Source of the DNA: Paraphysomonas bandaiensis
Taxonomy: Eukaryota; Protista; Chrysophyceae
Length of the DNA: 64,000 bases
Reading direction: 5' to 3'
Assembly (NCBI GenBank): GCA_965644295.1
Contig: CBFFRP010000365.1
Location: forward strand, 124,001 to 188,000
Each line of letters opens with the position of its first letter. Position 1 is the first letter of the stretch. The notes beneath the pieces were generated by a model, which saw only the letters and a list, made by a program, of their open reading frames with translations, was not told the origin of the DNA and ran no database searches. The position numbers were made by a program, and so were the translations under genes. This document shows positions 1 through 13,129 of the stretch, one piece after another.

Positions 1-331
1 GTCGACATAAGGCGGACTATTATTGGCTGATAATAGAGTACTAAAACAGCAAAATCATAGCTATCATGGTGGTAGTAACAGTAGACCTACTCATGAGCGG
101 TTTCAATTATGATATGGCTCATATCAGTTTTTTTTGAAACGATCAGAAAGAGTTGAAGCTAGAATTTACTACAGTACTATGCAACAATACGAAGGCAACA
201 AAGTTCGTACTTTCCACTACTACACACTACTCCTACCAGGAAACACGACACTGTGGTGAGTACCACGCCACAAGTACACATATTTGACCAAGTGTTGATT
301 ATTAGATTAACGAATACAGCCAAATGCAAAC

Positions 332-1242
332 TTAAAAACGCATAGCGTGGGGCTTATCGTTAGTGCTGAGAGAAAACTTCGCCTGCAGATAGGCAGAGAG
401 CATGTCGATTTTATTCACATTTGCCAAAAGTTTGTCATCAACAGCCTTCTGTGCGGTCTTTCTAGCATCTGATGTGACAGTGCCTCTGCCCTCGACCTCA
501 CCCTCGGGTCTCTCCTCACGGGCAAAGAAGTCATCATCGATCTTAGAGACATCCACACCATCAAGGGGAACCTTGGTGGAGGTGGCAATCACGTAGCGTT
601 GGTTGGCACGACGGAGAGGAACGCCATTAAGGGAGTAGGGTCCTGTATATGTCATAAGTTATACACTGCCCTGCTATGACAATATACATATACACAATAC
701 AATAACTCCCAATACATATCCCCTACCACTCCTACTACACACAACTCTAACAAACACAATCAACCACTAACTACCACACTCATTCTTACAATAACTTAAC
801 TCATATATATTATACAAGACACACATACATACATATACATATAAACCAATCCATATATACATACATACATACATACATACACATACGATGAATCAATAGC
901 CTCAATCACTCACCTGATACCAACAATAGTCCTGATGAGAGAACCTTAAGAACAACAACTCTCTTCCCACGAAATCTTCCAGCGAGTAATATAACAACTG
1001 TACCAGGTGTAATCGATGCACGTGTCTTGGGAGGATTTCTTACAGGAACAGGACCTTTCTTAAGGACAACATCTTCAGCAGGATAATACTTTCCCACCAC
1101 ACCAGATGCAGGACCTGCTCCAGTGTATTTAAATGCAAATTTCTATAATAAAATCATACTATTATATACATATATATATATAAGTATATTCACTTACTGC
1201 ACGTGCTGCACGAAGTTTTAATACTTTCTTTCCTCCCGCCAT
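332..1242 (-). CDS. RPL6: 60S ribosomal protein L6 (eL6), 3 exons (1242-1198, 1142-914, 642-332)
   Basis: Spliced translation [21 protein letters not shown]...[26 protein letters not shown]...[26 protein letters not shown]...[19 protein letters not shown] carries the eL6 signatures; GT-AG introns keep frame. Confidence 0.97.
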
Positions 1243-1619
1243 TTCAACACTTATATCAGTCTATTTACTATACTATGAAAGATAGAATTAGACATACTTT
1301 CACTTCATTTTCCAAACATGTTGAGAGATGGAGAATCACATACTTTTTTAGTGTTTCATTTATTGCCATGAATTCTTTTATTATGAAATCTTGAACCGAC
1401 ATATAGAAAACTGAAAATAGTGAAGTTTGATGGGGGGTTTTATGAAGGTAAAAAAACAAGAAAGTAGAGAGATAAAAATCAGGGTTTCTGTTATTATAAT
1501 AATATATTTTCATGCTTTTCGAGCTTTTACGATATAGAAAGTAAGGGTTTATATATACAAGATGGATTTATGAAGGAGTGTGTAACAGAACTCTGGGAAA
1601 GTTTGATATGAAGAACAAT

Positions 1620-1780
1620 TATGTCCTAAATAAGAACTCAATTAGGCCTTCAGGGAAACGCGGCTGGCCTTACGATGCAGCGAGGGTTATTAACAATGAA
1701 TCCATCGATGTCATGGCCCGTTGGCCAGGTAAATGGAAAACACTTATGTGCGTTACCCCAAGTACCTGAATGGTATGTAT
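1620..1780 (+). pseudogene. Degenerate C-terminal fragment of a tyrosine recombinase (Crypton/DIRS-like element relic)
   Basis: NSIRPSG...IDVMARWPGKWKT...(frameshift)PKYLNG resembles the YR H-x-x-R ... G-R-W ... Y motif order; lies directly upstream of dispersed repeat B. Confidence 0.4.
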
Positions 1781-1849
1781 GTGCCTAATTACAGAATATA
1801 AACATTAATCTGATTACCTCCTCACCCATCCTAATAATGTGGGTTTCAA

Positions 1850-2140
1850 CACTGCCCTATTCCGAGGGCGTGGCCGTAGTATAGGCTCGTTGGTATACCA
1901 CATATAACACTGATTCTGCTCCCTGTCTACCCACGTACCAAAGTAGCTGACCGCATAGATCATTGTTGTCGCCCCACCCGTGTTCGCCTTTGCTAAGATT
2001 ACGTGGGATTTCTCATAGCTATGCATAACTTATATATGTAATCCGCGCAGATTCTAGTAGGAGCATGTTTACGTTCCCATTACCTATCAAAAATTATTCG
2101 GAGCTTCTCGTGTCCATGCACCATGCATGACTCAGTATAG
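1850..2140 (+). repeat. Dispersed repeat B, copy 1 (inverted relative to 26870-27245)
   Basis: actgccctattccgagggcgtggcc (1851) and ccatgcatgactcagtatag (2121) are reverse complements of sequences at about 27217-27241 and 26928-26947, with colinear similarity in between. Confidence 0.9.
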
Positions 2141-2379
2141 ACCAATCTAACACGCTTGAAGAAGTTTGGGTTATCTAAGTGTTGTGAGTTTTGAGATGAG
2201 TGTGAATAGATGTGTTTCTGGTTGGGTATATTTCCGAGAGGGTAAAGATATTTATCATATTTCTTATTCTTTTTGCTATCAATAGTGGAACATGGTGGTG
2301 CTTAGCTGATCAAGTTGGCTGTTAATTTGTGAGTGATATGTGTTATATCAGGTAGATGCAATGCGTAATGTCAGGGAAT

Positions 2380-2490
2380 GGTAACAACATATTGCATTCC
2401 TATTGTTGAATAGTTAATAGTGATAGTTTTTGGAACCGACCGAGCAATACTATTGCAATATAGTTGTATCCTTAATCAGCAGGGCCAGGT
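2380..2490 (+). repeat. Diverged direct repeat (about 110 bp), second copy at about 5165-5285
   Basis: aaccgaccgagcaatactattgcaatatagttgtatccttaatcagcag versus aaccgacccaaaatactattgaagtatattactatcattgatcagtaag, with similar upstream taacaa..tattg..ctattgttg.atag. Confidence 0.6.
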
Positions 2491-4366
2491 AAAAATATAT
2501 TGGATTGCAATGTATTGTAATTATTTATTTTTGCTTGCTACAATATGTTTATTATTATTTTAGTAAAATTTGGACTTGCAATAATATATTGATATATATT
2601 GCTCACATGCATGTGTGTCTTAGAAAATACACTTCATTAATCATAAACTACTCTTCATAATCACATAACTCATCTACTAATAATTATAACATCGACCAAT
2701 TCTTTTAATTATCTGCAACGGAGAACGCTTATCCTGTTCGATAGTAGCATTCGTTCTGTCTGTCTCTGTCAAGCTATTCACCAGATAGTAAACTGCAAAC
2801 TGTTAAAAGTATGCTACCATCCTCGTACAACCAATAAAGACTGTCCGAATATATTATCTTATGATCTGTAAGAGTATGCCAGTGTAACAGTCAGTAAGTA
2901 AGATATTAGCAGAGTGATGGTTCTCCAAGCAAGGCAACAAGATTTTATTGATTTGGTCATATATTAGGTTACCGTTTTTTTCATTGTAAAGTTCTTATTT
3001 TTAAGGAAAAAAGAATGAACTAATCAATGAACGAATAATCAGTAAAATCGATTTGCAGAAGCACATCCAGCGGCAGCTTCATAGTCACCACTATCAGAGT
3101 GGATCATCAAACACTCCACAAGTCGTTTTCCATCCTTCAACTGCAGTGTAGAATATCATAATGATGTCAGTGTAAGCGACCTATCTTCATAATAGCCAGG
3201 ACTTCGAAACAACTTAAAATTGTTTCAGGGGAGTTGAAGTGTCTTATCGGATGCTGTGCAGGTGGTTAAAAGGGCAGTGGCATCCAGTTCTTTTAGGGTT
3301 TGTGTGCCTCATATATCATACTCATACACACACATCATTCGATCAGGTGCACTAGCAGAGGAAGTTAAAGCGCCTTGTCTATAAATGTGATGATGATGCT
3401 AATTAAGGCATTAAGAAGCCTATCTTGCGCCTGAAACTTTCACACTCATCAACACACTTATGTACGAATTTCAACACCTCGCAGCCTCAGTATCCTTCTG
3501 TGGTAGGAGTACATTTGTTGTAGCCGTTATATAGAAACCTGGGGGTTTATTGTTTTGAGTTGATCTAGTACTATTGCTACTCCCTAAAAGCATACAGTAT
3601 ACATATCATTCATTGAAAACTATATGAGTTTTCATATGTTTTCTTAATGTTAATCAGCGAACATCTATTTCTTAATACAGCAACCATGCTACAAATAGCT
3701 ATACAATCTAAAATATAAACCTTTCAATATCATGAGGATAAGCTATAATTTAACCGAGGGATATAATGAGTTTCCCCCTCGTTTCAAAATTTTGAGCGCG
3801 GGACGATATTATATAGTCTCCTATATTGCCCGTGGTTAAATGTAGCCAAGTTGTATATGTGTAGAGTATCAAAGCTTGACACTATATATGAGAAGTATTA
3901 ACTTAACAACAAGTCGAGGTAACACCAAAACCTGGTTTTTGATGTAAAACCTGGTGAAATTTTGGTGATGGTTGGAAAAGGGTATAACTATGCACAATAA
4001 GTAACTATGAAGTTAATAACAGTGTGAAAAGTATTATTTATAATATTTTTTACTAAAATTTCTTCCATATTACTTCAGTTTTACAGCAATAAAAGTCTCC
4101 GACTGCACACATATATTATACAGTTCAAGCTATTCCGTCAAGCATAATATAAAGCTATTCTTTGTACGATACCCCACTACTACGTCGACGTTTTCCGGTC
4201 ACAACATTCTCAGATGAGAGAGCGCCTTGATCCACCCATTCGGTTGTAGGCTCTGTCACTATTTCCCATTGCTGTTTTTAGTCCTTTTCTTTGACGAAGT
4301 TACTGTATAATATATAATATATTATAACGTTTACATAATAATCATATTATTATTATATATACTAAC

Positions 4367-4457
4367 CTTTTATGTGCCTCAAGTAACTTGCCGCTAGGTT
4401 GTTGTCATACTGTCCATCATTATATTTGATATCGTAAGTATTGTCGCTGTGTACCTG
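4367..4457 (-). pseudogene. Exon-like relic encoding a Tudor-like motif
   Basis: After a cag acceptor it reads VHSDNTYDIKYNDGQYDNNLAASYLRHIK (Tudor-type 'TYDIxYxDG'); neighbouring segments are disrupted. Confidence 0.4.
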
Positions 4458-5366
4458 AGTATATAAATCTCTCTTACATTTATTGATTAAATATATGTGT
4501 TACACATACATGTCGCTGCTTACCTCAAAAATAATACCTCTTAAATTGTGTATGTTATTAGAAGCTATATATATAAAGATCTGATTATTACATGAGAGAA
4601 CTACTTTGTTTTTAGCTATCTACGACTTTAGACTAGTGGTATCCAAGTTGCTAAATACTGAGTTTTCTCGGGACTGCTTGTGCATTGCTGCAAGCACCTT
4701 GGTGCAACCATCCCGATTATTAGAAGCTAGTTCACCAACTGCAAATGTTGGTGACGAACGATGACAATCTGATTCTGGGTCTGACACTTGTTCTTCAGCC
4801 TCAGAATCACTTCCTGTTAAACGGGTTGCATTGATACGCTCCTGCTCCTCCCTCTTCCTAGCAGCAGCATTCTTCCTGTTGACCTCACGTCGTGCTTCTC
4901 GTCCAATGTACGGTGCATTGAGCACACCTCTCGGTTCGTCACTGTTGGAATACGTATGGTTGTCGAGAGATAGGGTACTGCTCCGAGGTAATGTATCGAC
5001 TCTAGTGATGTTTGGATAGGGACTGGGTGTGGACGCCACGACCAGTCGAATATATCAGTATTATGAAATATTTTGTTACATATTTATTATTGGTCTTTAA
5101 ACTTTAAAATGTTATTTTTGCTGGCAAAATATTGTAGTTTGTAGTACGTTGTTATCGGGCCCTCGTAACAATATATTGTTATACTATTGTTGGATAGCGT
5201 TTTTTATTAATACGATGGAGGTTATAGAACCGACCCAAAATACTATTGAAGTATATTACTATCATTGATCAGTAAGCAGTAAGTAAATACATCCGTAGAT
5301 TCCATTTTTAGTGCTAGTCATTAAGATCACATGCTAACCAAACCCATTTCGATGTATACTACTTCG

Positions 5367-5545
5367 CTAATCACAATTTTCATCATCCTCTGAGCTATCA
5401 TCGGTGACGCCAGCAGCTTCATATTCATACAGTATTAATTAAAATACGCATGCATCCAGTCACAATTGTCGATTGGCTTTCATATTAAACGTACTAGGAT
5501 GCATACGTTTTGCTGCACTGGTAAATACGCTTTGCTGCACTCAAC
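5367..5545 (-). pseudogene. hAT-like transposase C-terminal (dimerisation) relic
   Basis: SVFTSAAKRMHPSTFNMKANRQL*LDAC... then an acidic tail; resembles the protist hAT 'FS.AK...MDPSTLE..LMLKANRDLW' region, with in-frame stops. Confidence 0.45.
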
Positions 5546-6496
5546 AGGCCTTCATATGTACTAGAAACACATACATCACCCTACAATTACGAAGCTCCTT
5601 TAACAAAACAATTTTGATGGAATTTAACAAAAACAACTTTTGACCGGTCCACCAATCAATATATATCAATTCAATATACTGTTACCGAACCCGGCAACCT
5701 ACAATCTACAGTGCGTGTAATATAACACCTGTACGTGGTTCACTGGTAAATAGGCTAAAGTGTCAGAGGCAATCTCCATATCCTAATGAGTAAGTAGCCC
5801 AATGTATGTTGAATGGTTAAACATCCATAACAATCTTCATCAAAAGGACTTCAATCCCATACTATTGAGTTGTTCACCGCGAAATCAATTACACTAACGG
5901 AGGTATCAAACGATAATAATATATGTAACATTACCACATAATGATATAAAGACGAAGCAGCTGTCATATTCCAGCATGCGTGATGATATTGACCTTAAGA
6001 TGTTCGTCCAATTAGGTGATCATACGATCATTTCAATAATTGTCGTTCCTACGAATTCAACAATTGAGGGGCCGCTATGGTGCTGACTATATACTGTACG
6101 GCTGACTATATACAGTGTTCAGTACTGTGTGGTTATATATGGATTGGGCGGTTTATACTGAACATATTCAGAGACACTACGCACTCACTACAGTGCAGAC
6201 ATGTCAAGTTCTTAGTCATCGCTCTTTGTCTTAGAGGTATATATCTTGTCCATGTATGTATGCAGAGTGTGTGTATTCTCTCTTCAGCTGTTAACCTGAA
6301 GACAGTAATGGCACATGACTGTGCGATGGTGTCTATAGGCATTGAGATGGAGCCATGCACCCCCATCTCTTGTCCATCATGTCCCTCTATTGTATATCTC
6401 TGAACTGTATTGTGGATAGAAGCACTGAAATGTCACATTTTTATGATTGTTATGTATAAAAATCTGGAAATTAGACAACTATATGGCAATACTATC

Positions 6497-6550
6497 ATCA
6501 GCCAATGAAAACCTACCACACTGTTTCTGTATGTTTTCATTTGTCATGAA
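6497..6550 (+). repeat. Short dispersed repeat (about 55 bp), second copy at about 9553-9606
   Basis: tcagccaatgaaaacctaccacactgtttctgtatgttttcatttgtcat versus tcagccaataagaacctaccacactgttcatgtgtgttttcatttgtcat. Confidence 0.8.
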
Positions 6551-8082
6551 TGAAGAAGAGTGCAGGAAAGTGTCTGATTATCCAGATATCGGATTCAATC
6601 TGTGGGAGTATCAGCATCAACTCACAATTCAGCAACTAACAGACACATACACCTACACACACCTACACATACACCTACACATACACCTATACATACCTCA
6701 CACATTTCTTACTACTCAATAACGCATCTACCAAACATGAACACAGTTGAGATTGCAGCTCTTCATAGAGAGCCAGATACTAAGATCTGTATGGAGCTGA
6801 GGACAGTGGGAAAAGTATTCGGGAAAAAGATTAAAACTCATGTGCCAGAAACATACATACGATCCAAGTATATGCGAATACTATTCAGATATCCAGATAT
6901 TCCTCACCTTTCGAAAGAAATGGTGAAAAACTACGTCCGAAATGCCGCTCTATATTCGCCGGAAGTGAATGTACAGTCGAGATGTGGTTTGATACTCCGG
7001 CTGTGGCTTGGTCGACTTTCAAAGCAAAATTTGCGACATGCTTTACAGTGAACGCAATAACGGCTTTGGGGGTTGCAGCCGTTGAAACTATTATCGAAAA
7101 GTGTGAGTTTAGCGAGGAAACCACGACTGGTAAATGGTCTAAAGTTTAAAGACATTTCAGATTGTGTATTGGATTATAATAGACTCTGACATTTTATGAT
7201 ATTTTTATGATAGTTTATATCTATTAACAGGAGTGTACGTGTGATATATCTGTGGTGGTTTTACTGTAACATTGGAATTTGATTATGCACTTACCTAGAC
7301 GAATAACAATTAGTATTTCAACCATGAGCCAACATTTTATATGTACGATTACTCTGGAGACAAATTACTACGTACTACTAAGTAGCTAATGCTAGTCACA
7401 TGCTGAAAGCAGTATCATTCACCATAAAAGGAATGGAATCAATACTTTATTATACATGGACAAGTAGCAATGAATAATAGATATTCTATATATGTATTAT
7501 TAGAGCATTGGCTACAGATATACAAGAGTATGTATACTACTATGCATCAGGTACAGACATTTCCTTCAACATTAATCATTGTCGCACAATTTATAAGTCT
7601 ATAAAGTGATTTCGAGGTTAAAGCGGAGTTTAATTGAATAAGAGACATATCGAGCCTCGTTTTCGACTGTGCGGCAAAAGTGCCAGTGTTTTTCTTTATA
7701 TTACTGTCGTGCTGAAGTATACACGAGCTGAAAGAAGATATCATTGGAAGTACATGCTACATGACTCGTGCTCCTGTAATTAGATAATTATATACTTCAT
7801 ATTTTCGTTTTTTATTTATTTGAACAGACTGAATTGTTTTCTCCGCATAACCAACATCGGCTTCATCATCCTCTGTTGCAGACACTGTCTGAACGGAGAT
7901 ATTATTTAACAACATATTTCTCATATTATGTCAAAAGTTTCGACTGCTTGAATTTTTACAACTCATTTCTCAAAATTCAGATCATTAACAATGAAACTGT
8001 TTTCCTTTATGGAATTTTTAGCCCTGAAGTTCACCCACAGCGTAGTACTATGAGAAATACTTGACAATAGACAATCACTGCT

Positions 8083-9043
8083 TTACATGATGGAGCATGA
8101 CGAGCTCGGATTTTCCGATACTGATTGCGATGTCATTGCCATGGCAGCTCCACCCACTCCAACACCCGCAGCAAAAGAAATCATTGTCGAGCTACAGTAG
8201 TCTGATTTGCCTCCAAGAGCGACTTCTACACTTCGTCGCAATGCTTCAAAGGAGTCGCACATTTCTGATATCATATTAGGACTGATGTGTTGTTGACCGA
8301 ACGCGATCTCGAATACTTGAACTTTTCTGCTTAAAGTGTTTGTTAAAGTAGTCAGGTTATGAGCATTATTGGACATGTTTTCGACAAAATCATGAAGCTT
8401 TGATAATGTCGAGTCAGATACTTCTTTCATGGAACCTCTCACCACAGCAGTTACACCTATTGTACCAACGGTGACACCGCATCCTGAAAAGGCTCCGATT
8501 ATAACAGGGTCGACAAACCATAAGGCAGGGTAAACTATGGCGGCCACGCCAACTATCAGTGCAATTGCACCAGCTAATATCTTCACCAGGTTAGTCCACT
8601 TTGAGCATTCGTAGAATGAGTCATTCTTTAGATTGTTCTTTAGCTCATTGAATGTCTGATATGTATGAAAATATAAATTATGTAAACACAGAACATGTGC
8701 ATAGATTATTCGTTTGTCATACCGAGCAGATAGAAAGTCCCGTCGCGGAAAGGTCCACGATATTTTTCGTCATTTCTGGTAGTCTACCATTATTCCATAA
8801 GAAATTCTCGATTTGTTCAGTTGTCATCTGAGGGCCTACTTCCTTCAGAAAACAGAAAATTGCTTCATACTTGATGCAATATGTTCCCGTGTCGACCAAG
8901 TACTGGTGAAATCTCTTGTAACAATCCTCAAATAAGTCTTTATCATATTCTCTCAGCTCAAACTTTGGGACTTTCTCCAACTCTTCAGATACTTTTAATA
9001 TCAATGTTCTCATTGAAGTGGCAGTGGTGGCAATCGAGTTCAT
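8083..9043 (-). CDS. Uncharacterised membrane protein (2 exons; hydrophobic helices plus helical region)
   Basis: ORFs 8717-9052 and 8083-8586 appear joinable through a gtatga...cag intron near 8721-8656; hydrophobic ILAGAIALIVGVAAIVYPALWF segment. Confidence 0.55.
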
Positions 9044-9159
9044 TGTGTACAAGTGGACTGGGAGTGTGTATGTACTGAGGAGGTTGTTAATATGTGTTGG
9101 ATATAGTCATATAATGTGTATATCAGAAATGATCTTGTAGAGGAAAAGAATGAGCTCCT

Positions 9160-9296
9160 CAACGTGCGCATCTTCTAGTTATGCAACGTGCGCATCTTCT
9201 AGTTATGCAACTTGTGCATCTTCAAGTTATGCAACGTGCGCATCTTCTAGTTATGCAACTTGTGAATCTTCTAGTTATGCAACGTGCGCATCTCGT
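9160..9296 (+). repeat. Minisatellite, 24-bp unit (caacgtgcgcatcttctagttatg) x about 5.5
   Basis: Directly visible tandem units with few substitutions. Confidence 0.95.
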
Positions 9297-9851
9297 ACTA
9301 GTTGTGGTGGATATGTTGATCCATGTGCAGCCACAGTTGTACTGCAGCATATACTAGCCTATCAAACAAAAATAATAGCAAACGATTAGACAAAAACGCT
9401 TTGTGTGGAAATATGCAGAGTGAAACATAAAAACCCTGATATATAGAGAACAAAATGGCAGAAAAACAAAATATGTAGAGTACAGTACTACTTCGTACTG
9501 TGTATGTACGGTACAGTAGCAGTGTGTTCCCTTGTTGAAAACCGACTGTTAATATCAGCCAATAAGAACCTACCACACTGTTCATGTGTGTTTTCATTTG
9601 TCATATACTATATATATCCTGCTGCTCCTGCTTCTGTTGCACATTGCAGTTCAACACCGTTCACTTCTTTTATGTCCACCATCAATTGACTTCATCTTGT
9701 GGGTTTGGCCATAGTGTATTTCACTGAACTTAACTCTAGTTTGTTAGTACATTCGTGTTGGTAACGCAGGTGTTAGAACTATATATCAGAGATATTGTAA
9801 GACAGTTATTAACTATTTGAATCGATTTGTTGTAGAGGGCATTGAGTCTAT

Positions 9852-10541
9852 ATGGATATCGCTGTTGGAGCATTGGCGTTCGGCTCATCTGTAGTCAGCG
9901 CAATAGGTCTGCGCTACTACAATCATAAATCTTCTACACGACAGCAGCAGCATGTGAAGTGTATTGCATCTTCTTTGGGAGTTATACCTCATCCTGAGGG
10001 AGGATATTTTATCGAGACATATCGCAGTGGGTCCACACCTATGAGTAGCCAGGGACTGACTGATATTTCCGGTGATAGGATGGAAACTGATAGAGAAGGA
10101 ATACAAAGGAATATTATGACATCGATGATATTTATGGCTACACAAGATGCCCCCGTGTTATACTTTGGTGTGAATAAAAGCGATCACGTACATTATTATC
10201 ACGGAGGGGGTTCTTATACATATATCTCCGTCAGTCCTGATGGCTCTGTTAAAACAGAAGTGTTGGGTGCAGATGTGTCCAAAGGTGAAAAATTACAGAT
10301 CGTGTTTAAGGCAGGATGTTTCAAAGGTGGATATCTTAATGGGGAGTACTGTATTATTGGAGAGGGGGTTGCACCTGGTTTCGACTTCCGTGACTTTGGT
10401 TTCGTGGATGAGGATATGTTGCGGCAACGTGTGTCGGAGCAATCCTTTCACAAGTACAAACAGTTTATCAAACCTGATAGAAGACGAAACTTTGATGACT
10501 ACTACACAGAGAAGCGTGAGAGATCTGTTTCTGTGTGCTAG
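9852..10541 (+). CDS. Cupin-fold protein, DUF985/Cupin_5 family, with hydrophobic N-terminus
   Basis: LGVIPHPEGGYFIETYRS, SDHVHYYHGG, LQIVFKAGCFKG, GEGVAPGFDFRDF are the typical DUF985 motifs. Confidence 0.9.
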   Translation: MDIAVGALAFGSSVVSAIGLRYYNHKSSTRQQQHVKCIASSLGVIPHPEGGYFIETYRSGSTPMSSQGLTDISGDRMETDREGIQRNIMTSMIFMATQDAPVLYFGVNKSDHVHYYHGGGSYTYISVSPDGSVKTEVLGADVSKGEKLQIVFKAGCFKGGYLNGEYCIIGEGVAPGFDFRDFGFVDEDMLRQRVSEQSFHKYKQFIKPDRRRNFDDYYTEKRERSVSVC

Positions 10542-11014
10542 ATATTATATGACAATACTCTGTTCAACGAAGCTTGTATCTATAGTAGCATCTCTCGCAA
10601 ACAGTATATAATATTATGATTATTCGTTAATAATATGAGCTTAATGGAAACATTTTCAAGTTCTACCATCCACAGAACGACAATGCAACCGTCATCTGGT
10701 TTTTCAGTTATTCAATCTCCAAGTGTTATCATTAAGTCATTAAGTGGAGCGTACATTGTGCTACTGTCGTCACCGTTATTTTAACTTAGTGGGTGCTTCG
10801 TTAATATATTTTAGTGTTGGTAAAAATAGTGTGCATTGCTTAGTCTTAGAGTTAACATGTTGGTTGTAATGAGGTATGTATCCGAATGACCTCAGCAGGA
10901 TGAAGAATAGAAAATGGAAAACAAGTGAAGCAAGCCATAGTATTGCACTACACAAAAACATGAAAGTGTTAGAACGTGTGAACATTTGTTACATTAATTA
11001 TTATCGAGACCTAT

Positions 11015-12354
11015 TTATACATTGATATTGCTTTCATTTGGAATTGTTGACTCGTACAACTTCATCTGTTTCATGAAACCATCATTAGGACATATAAACG
11101 GTCGAGCTCTCTTAACAAGCGCATATGCTTGCTTAAAGGAAATTCGATGAGCATACATAAGATATACGATACATATGGTTGCAGATCGTGACATTCCCAT
11201 ATGACAGTGTACAAGAACGGATCCACGTTGATCTATACACGACTGAATGAAACCAATACACTTCTCAAAATGTACATATAAATCCTCCTCTTCTACATCA
11301 TCAACTTCAACCACATGATAAATTAACTTTTCAACGAAGCGTGGCGAAGTATTCATACAGCAGCACACGTGGGTAATACCATGTGCTTGTAAAGACTCAA
11401 GTGACTCGGCAGCATACACTGGACCTATATACAACCGAGGAATAACCAATTGCATCGCACGAAAGTCTAGTGGTGAGTCCTCATTCGCAGACAGAGAAAG
11501 TTTCCTCGCTCTCGGCAGTGCTGTCAGCAGTCCACGGCGCCAAAGCATTAAATACAGCTCTTTCCCTACTGATTCAATTCGGTTATCCTTCTCTTTGCAT
11601 CCTACACGAAGACAAGCGTGCAAAGTGCGTGTTTCCTCGTCAGTAAATTCCATACACGTACTGTCTACTGCCACAAGAGTGGCCACGTATATATCTAAAT
11701 CTAAAGCATTGAATTCCGGTTCATAACGTAGCAACCTAGGAGGTGAGATGTCAAATACATAACTTCTAGTTGAAGATGATTCGTCTCTGTCATCACTATA
11801 TGGAGGGATGATGAAGCAAGTTTTGATACAATGAGGGTGTGAATACGCTCCGGAACTGCAGTACATTTGAGCGCACACATGTAATGACGGCTGTAATTCT
11901 ATTACTCGCTGCAGCAAAACTGTACACCCACTATGTTCATCTTTGCTTGTATCTATATGACGTGTATCACCAATTCCGAATGGGGGAATAAAAGTAACCA
12001 ATATATCACACGCAGGTATATTCTCCCATTTCTTAGCAACACTACGAATATTCATAAAAAATTGCGAATTACTTAGCGGTGGTGAGGTATTAAAGTCCAC
12101 TGTCTCACTAGCTAACCACGGGGCACCGTATATACGCAAGCCATGGATGGATACAAGACCTTCTTCAAGGTAATGTATATTGGGAGAGAGATTCTGAATT
12201 AGTCCTTTCGGGCATTGCTTTGCATCAGTTTCATCCATATCGGATAAACAATCCCTTTCAGTCTCTATTCTTGTTCCAGGTATAACAACTACACTTTCAT
12301 ATTTTCTCTCATGAGAGATTTTCATCAGATAATTATGACGATTAACACTCTCTT
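11015..12354 (-). pseudogene. 5'-truncated duplicate of the metallophosphoesterase-like/DUSP gene
   Basis: Identical to 13130-14469 but lacks the N-terminal about 85 codons and the promoter. Confidence 0.8.
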
Positions 12355-12656
12355 ATGGCTCTGTTAAAACAGAAGTGTTGGGTGCAGATGTGTCCAAAGG
12401 TGAAAAATTACAGATCGTGTTTAAGGCAGGATGTTTCAAAGGTGGATATCTTAATGGGGAGTACTGTATTATTGGAGAGGGGGTTGCACCTGGTTTCGAC
12501 TTCCGTGACTTTGGTTTCGTGGATGAGGATATGTTGCGGCAACGTGTGTCGGAGCAATCCTTTCACAAGTACAAACAGTTTATCAAACCTGATAGAAGAC
12601 GAAACTTTGATGACTACTACACAGAGAAGCGTGAGAGATCTGTTTCTGTGTGCTAG
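12355..12656 (+). pseudogene. 5'-truncated duplicate of the DUF985 cupin gene
   Basis: Identical to 10240-10541; first half of the gene is missing. Confidence 0.8.
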
Positions 12657-13129
12657 ATATTATATGACAATACTCTGTTCAACGAAGCTTGTATCTATAG
12701 TAGCATCTCTCGCAAACAGTATATAATATTATGATTATTCGTTAATAATATGAGCTTAATGGAAACATTTTCAAGTTCTACCATCCACAGAACGACAATG
12801 CAACCGTCATCTGGTTTTTCAGTTATTCAATCTCCAAGTGTTATCATTAAGTCATTAAGTGGAGCGTACATTGTGCTACTGTCGTCACCGTTATTTTAAC
12901 TTAGTGGGTGCTTCGTTAATATATTTTAGTGTTGGTAAAAATAGTGTGCATTGCTTAGTCTTAGAGTTAACATGTTGGTTGTAATGAGGTATGTATCCGA
13001 ATGACCTCAGCAGGATGAAGAATAGAAAATGGAAAACAAGTGAAGCAAGCCATAGTATTGCACTACACAAAAACATGAAAGTGTTAGAACGTGTGAACAT
13101 TTGTTACATTAATTATTATCGAGACCTAT

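Noticed and set aside
643-913. snoRNA in the long RPL6 intron
   Set aside because: Low-complexity CA/TA-rich sequence with no C/D box pair or H/ACA hairpins seen on the sense strand.
7630-7790. UvrD-like motif on the minus strand (LSNYRST...ENEARYV)
   Set aside because: Interrupted by a stop, no other helicase motifs nearby; plausibly chance.
9150-9389. ORF with (TCASSSYA)n
   Set aside because: Read-through of a 24-bp minisatellite with no other coding evidence.
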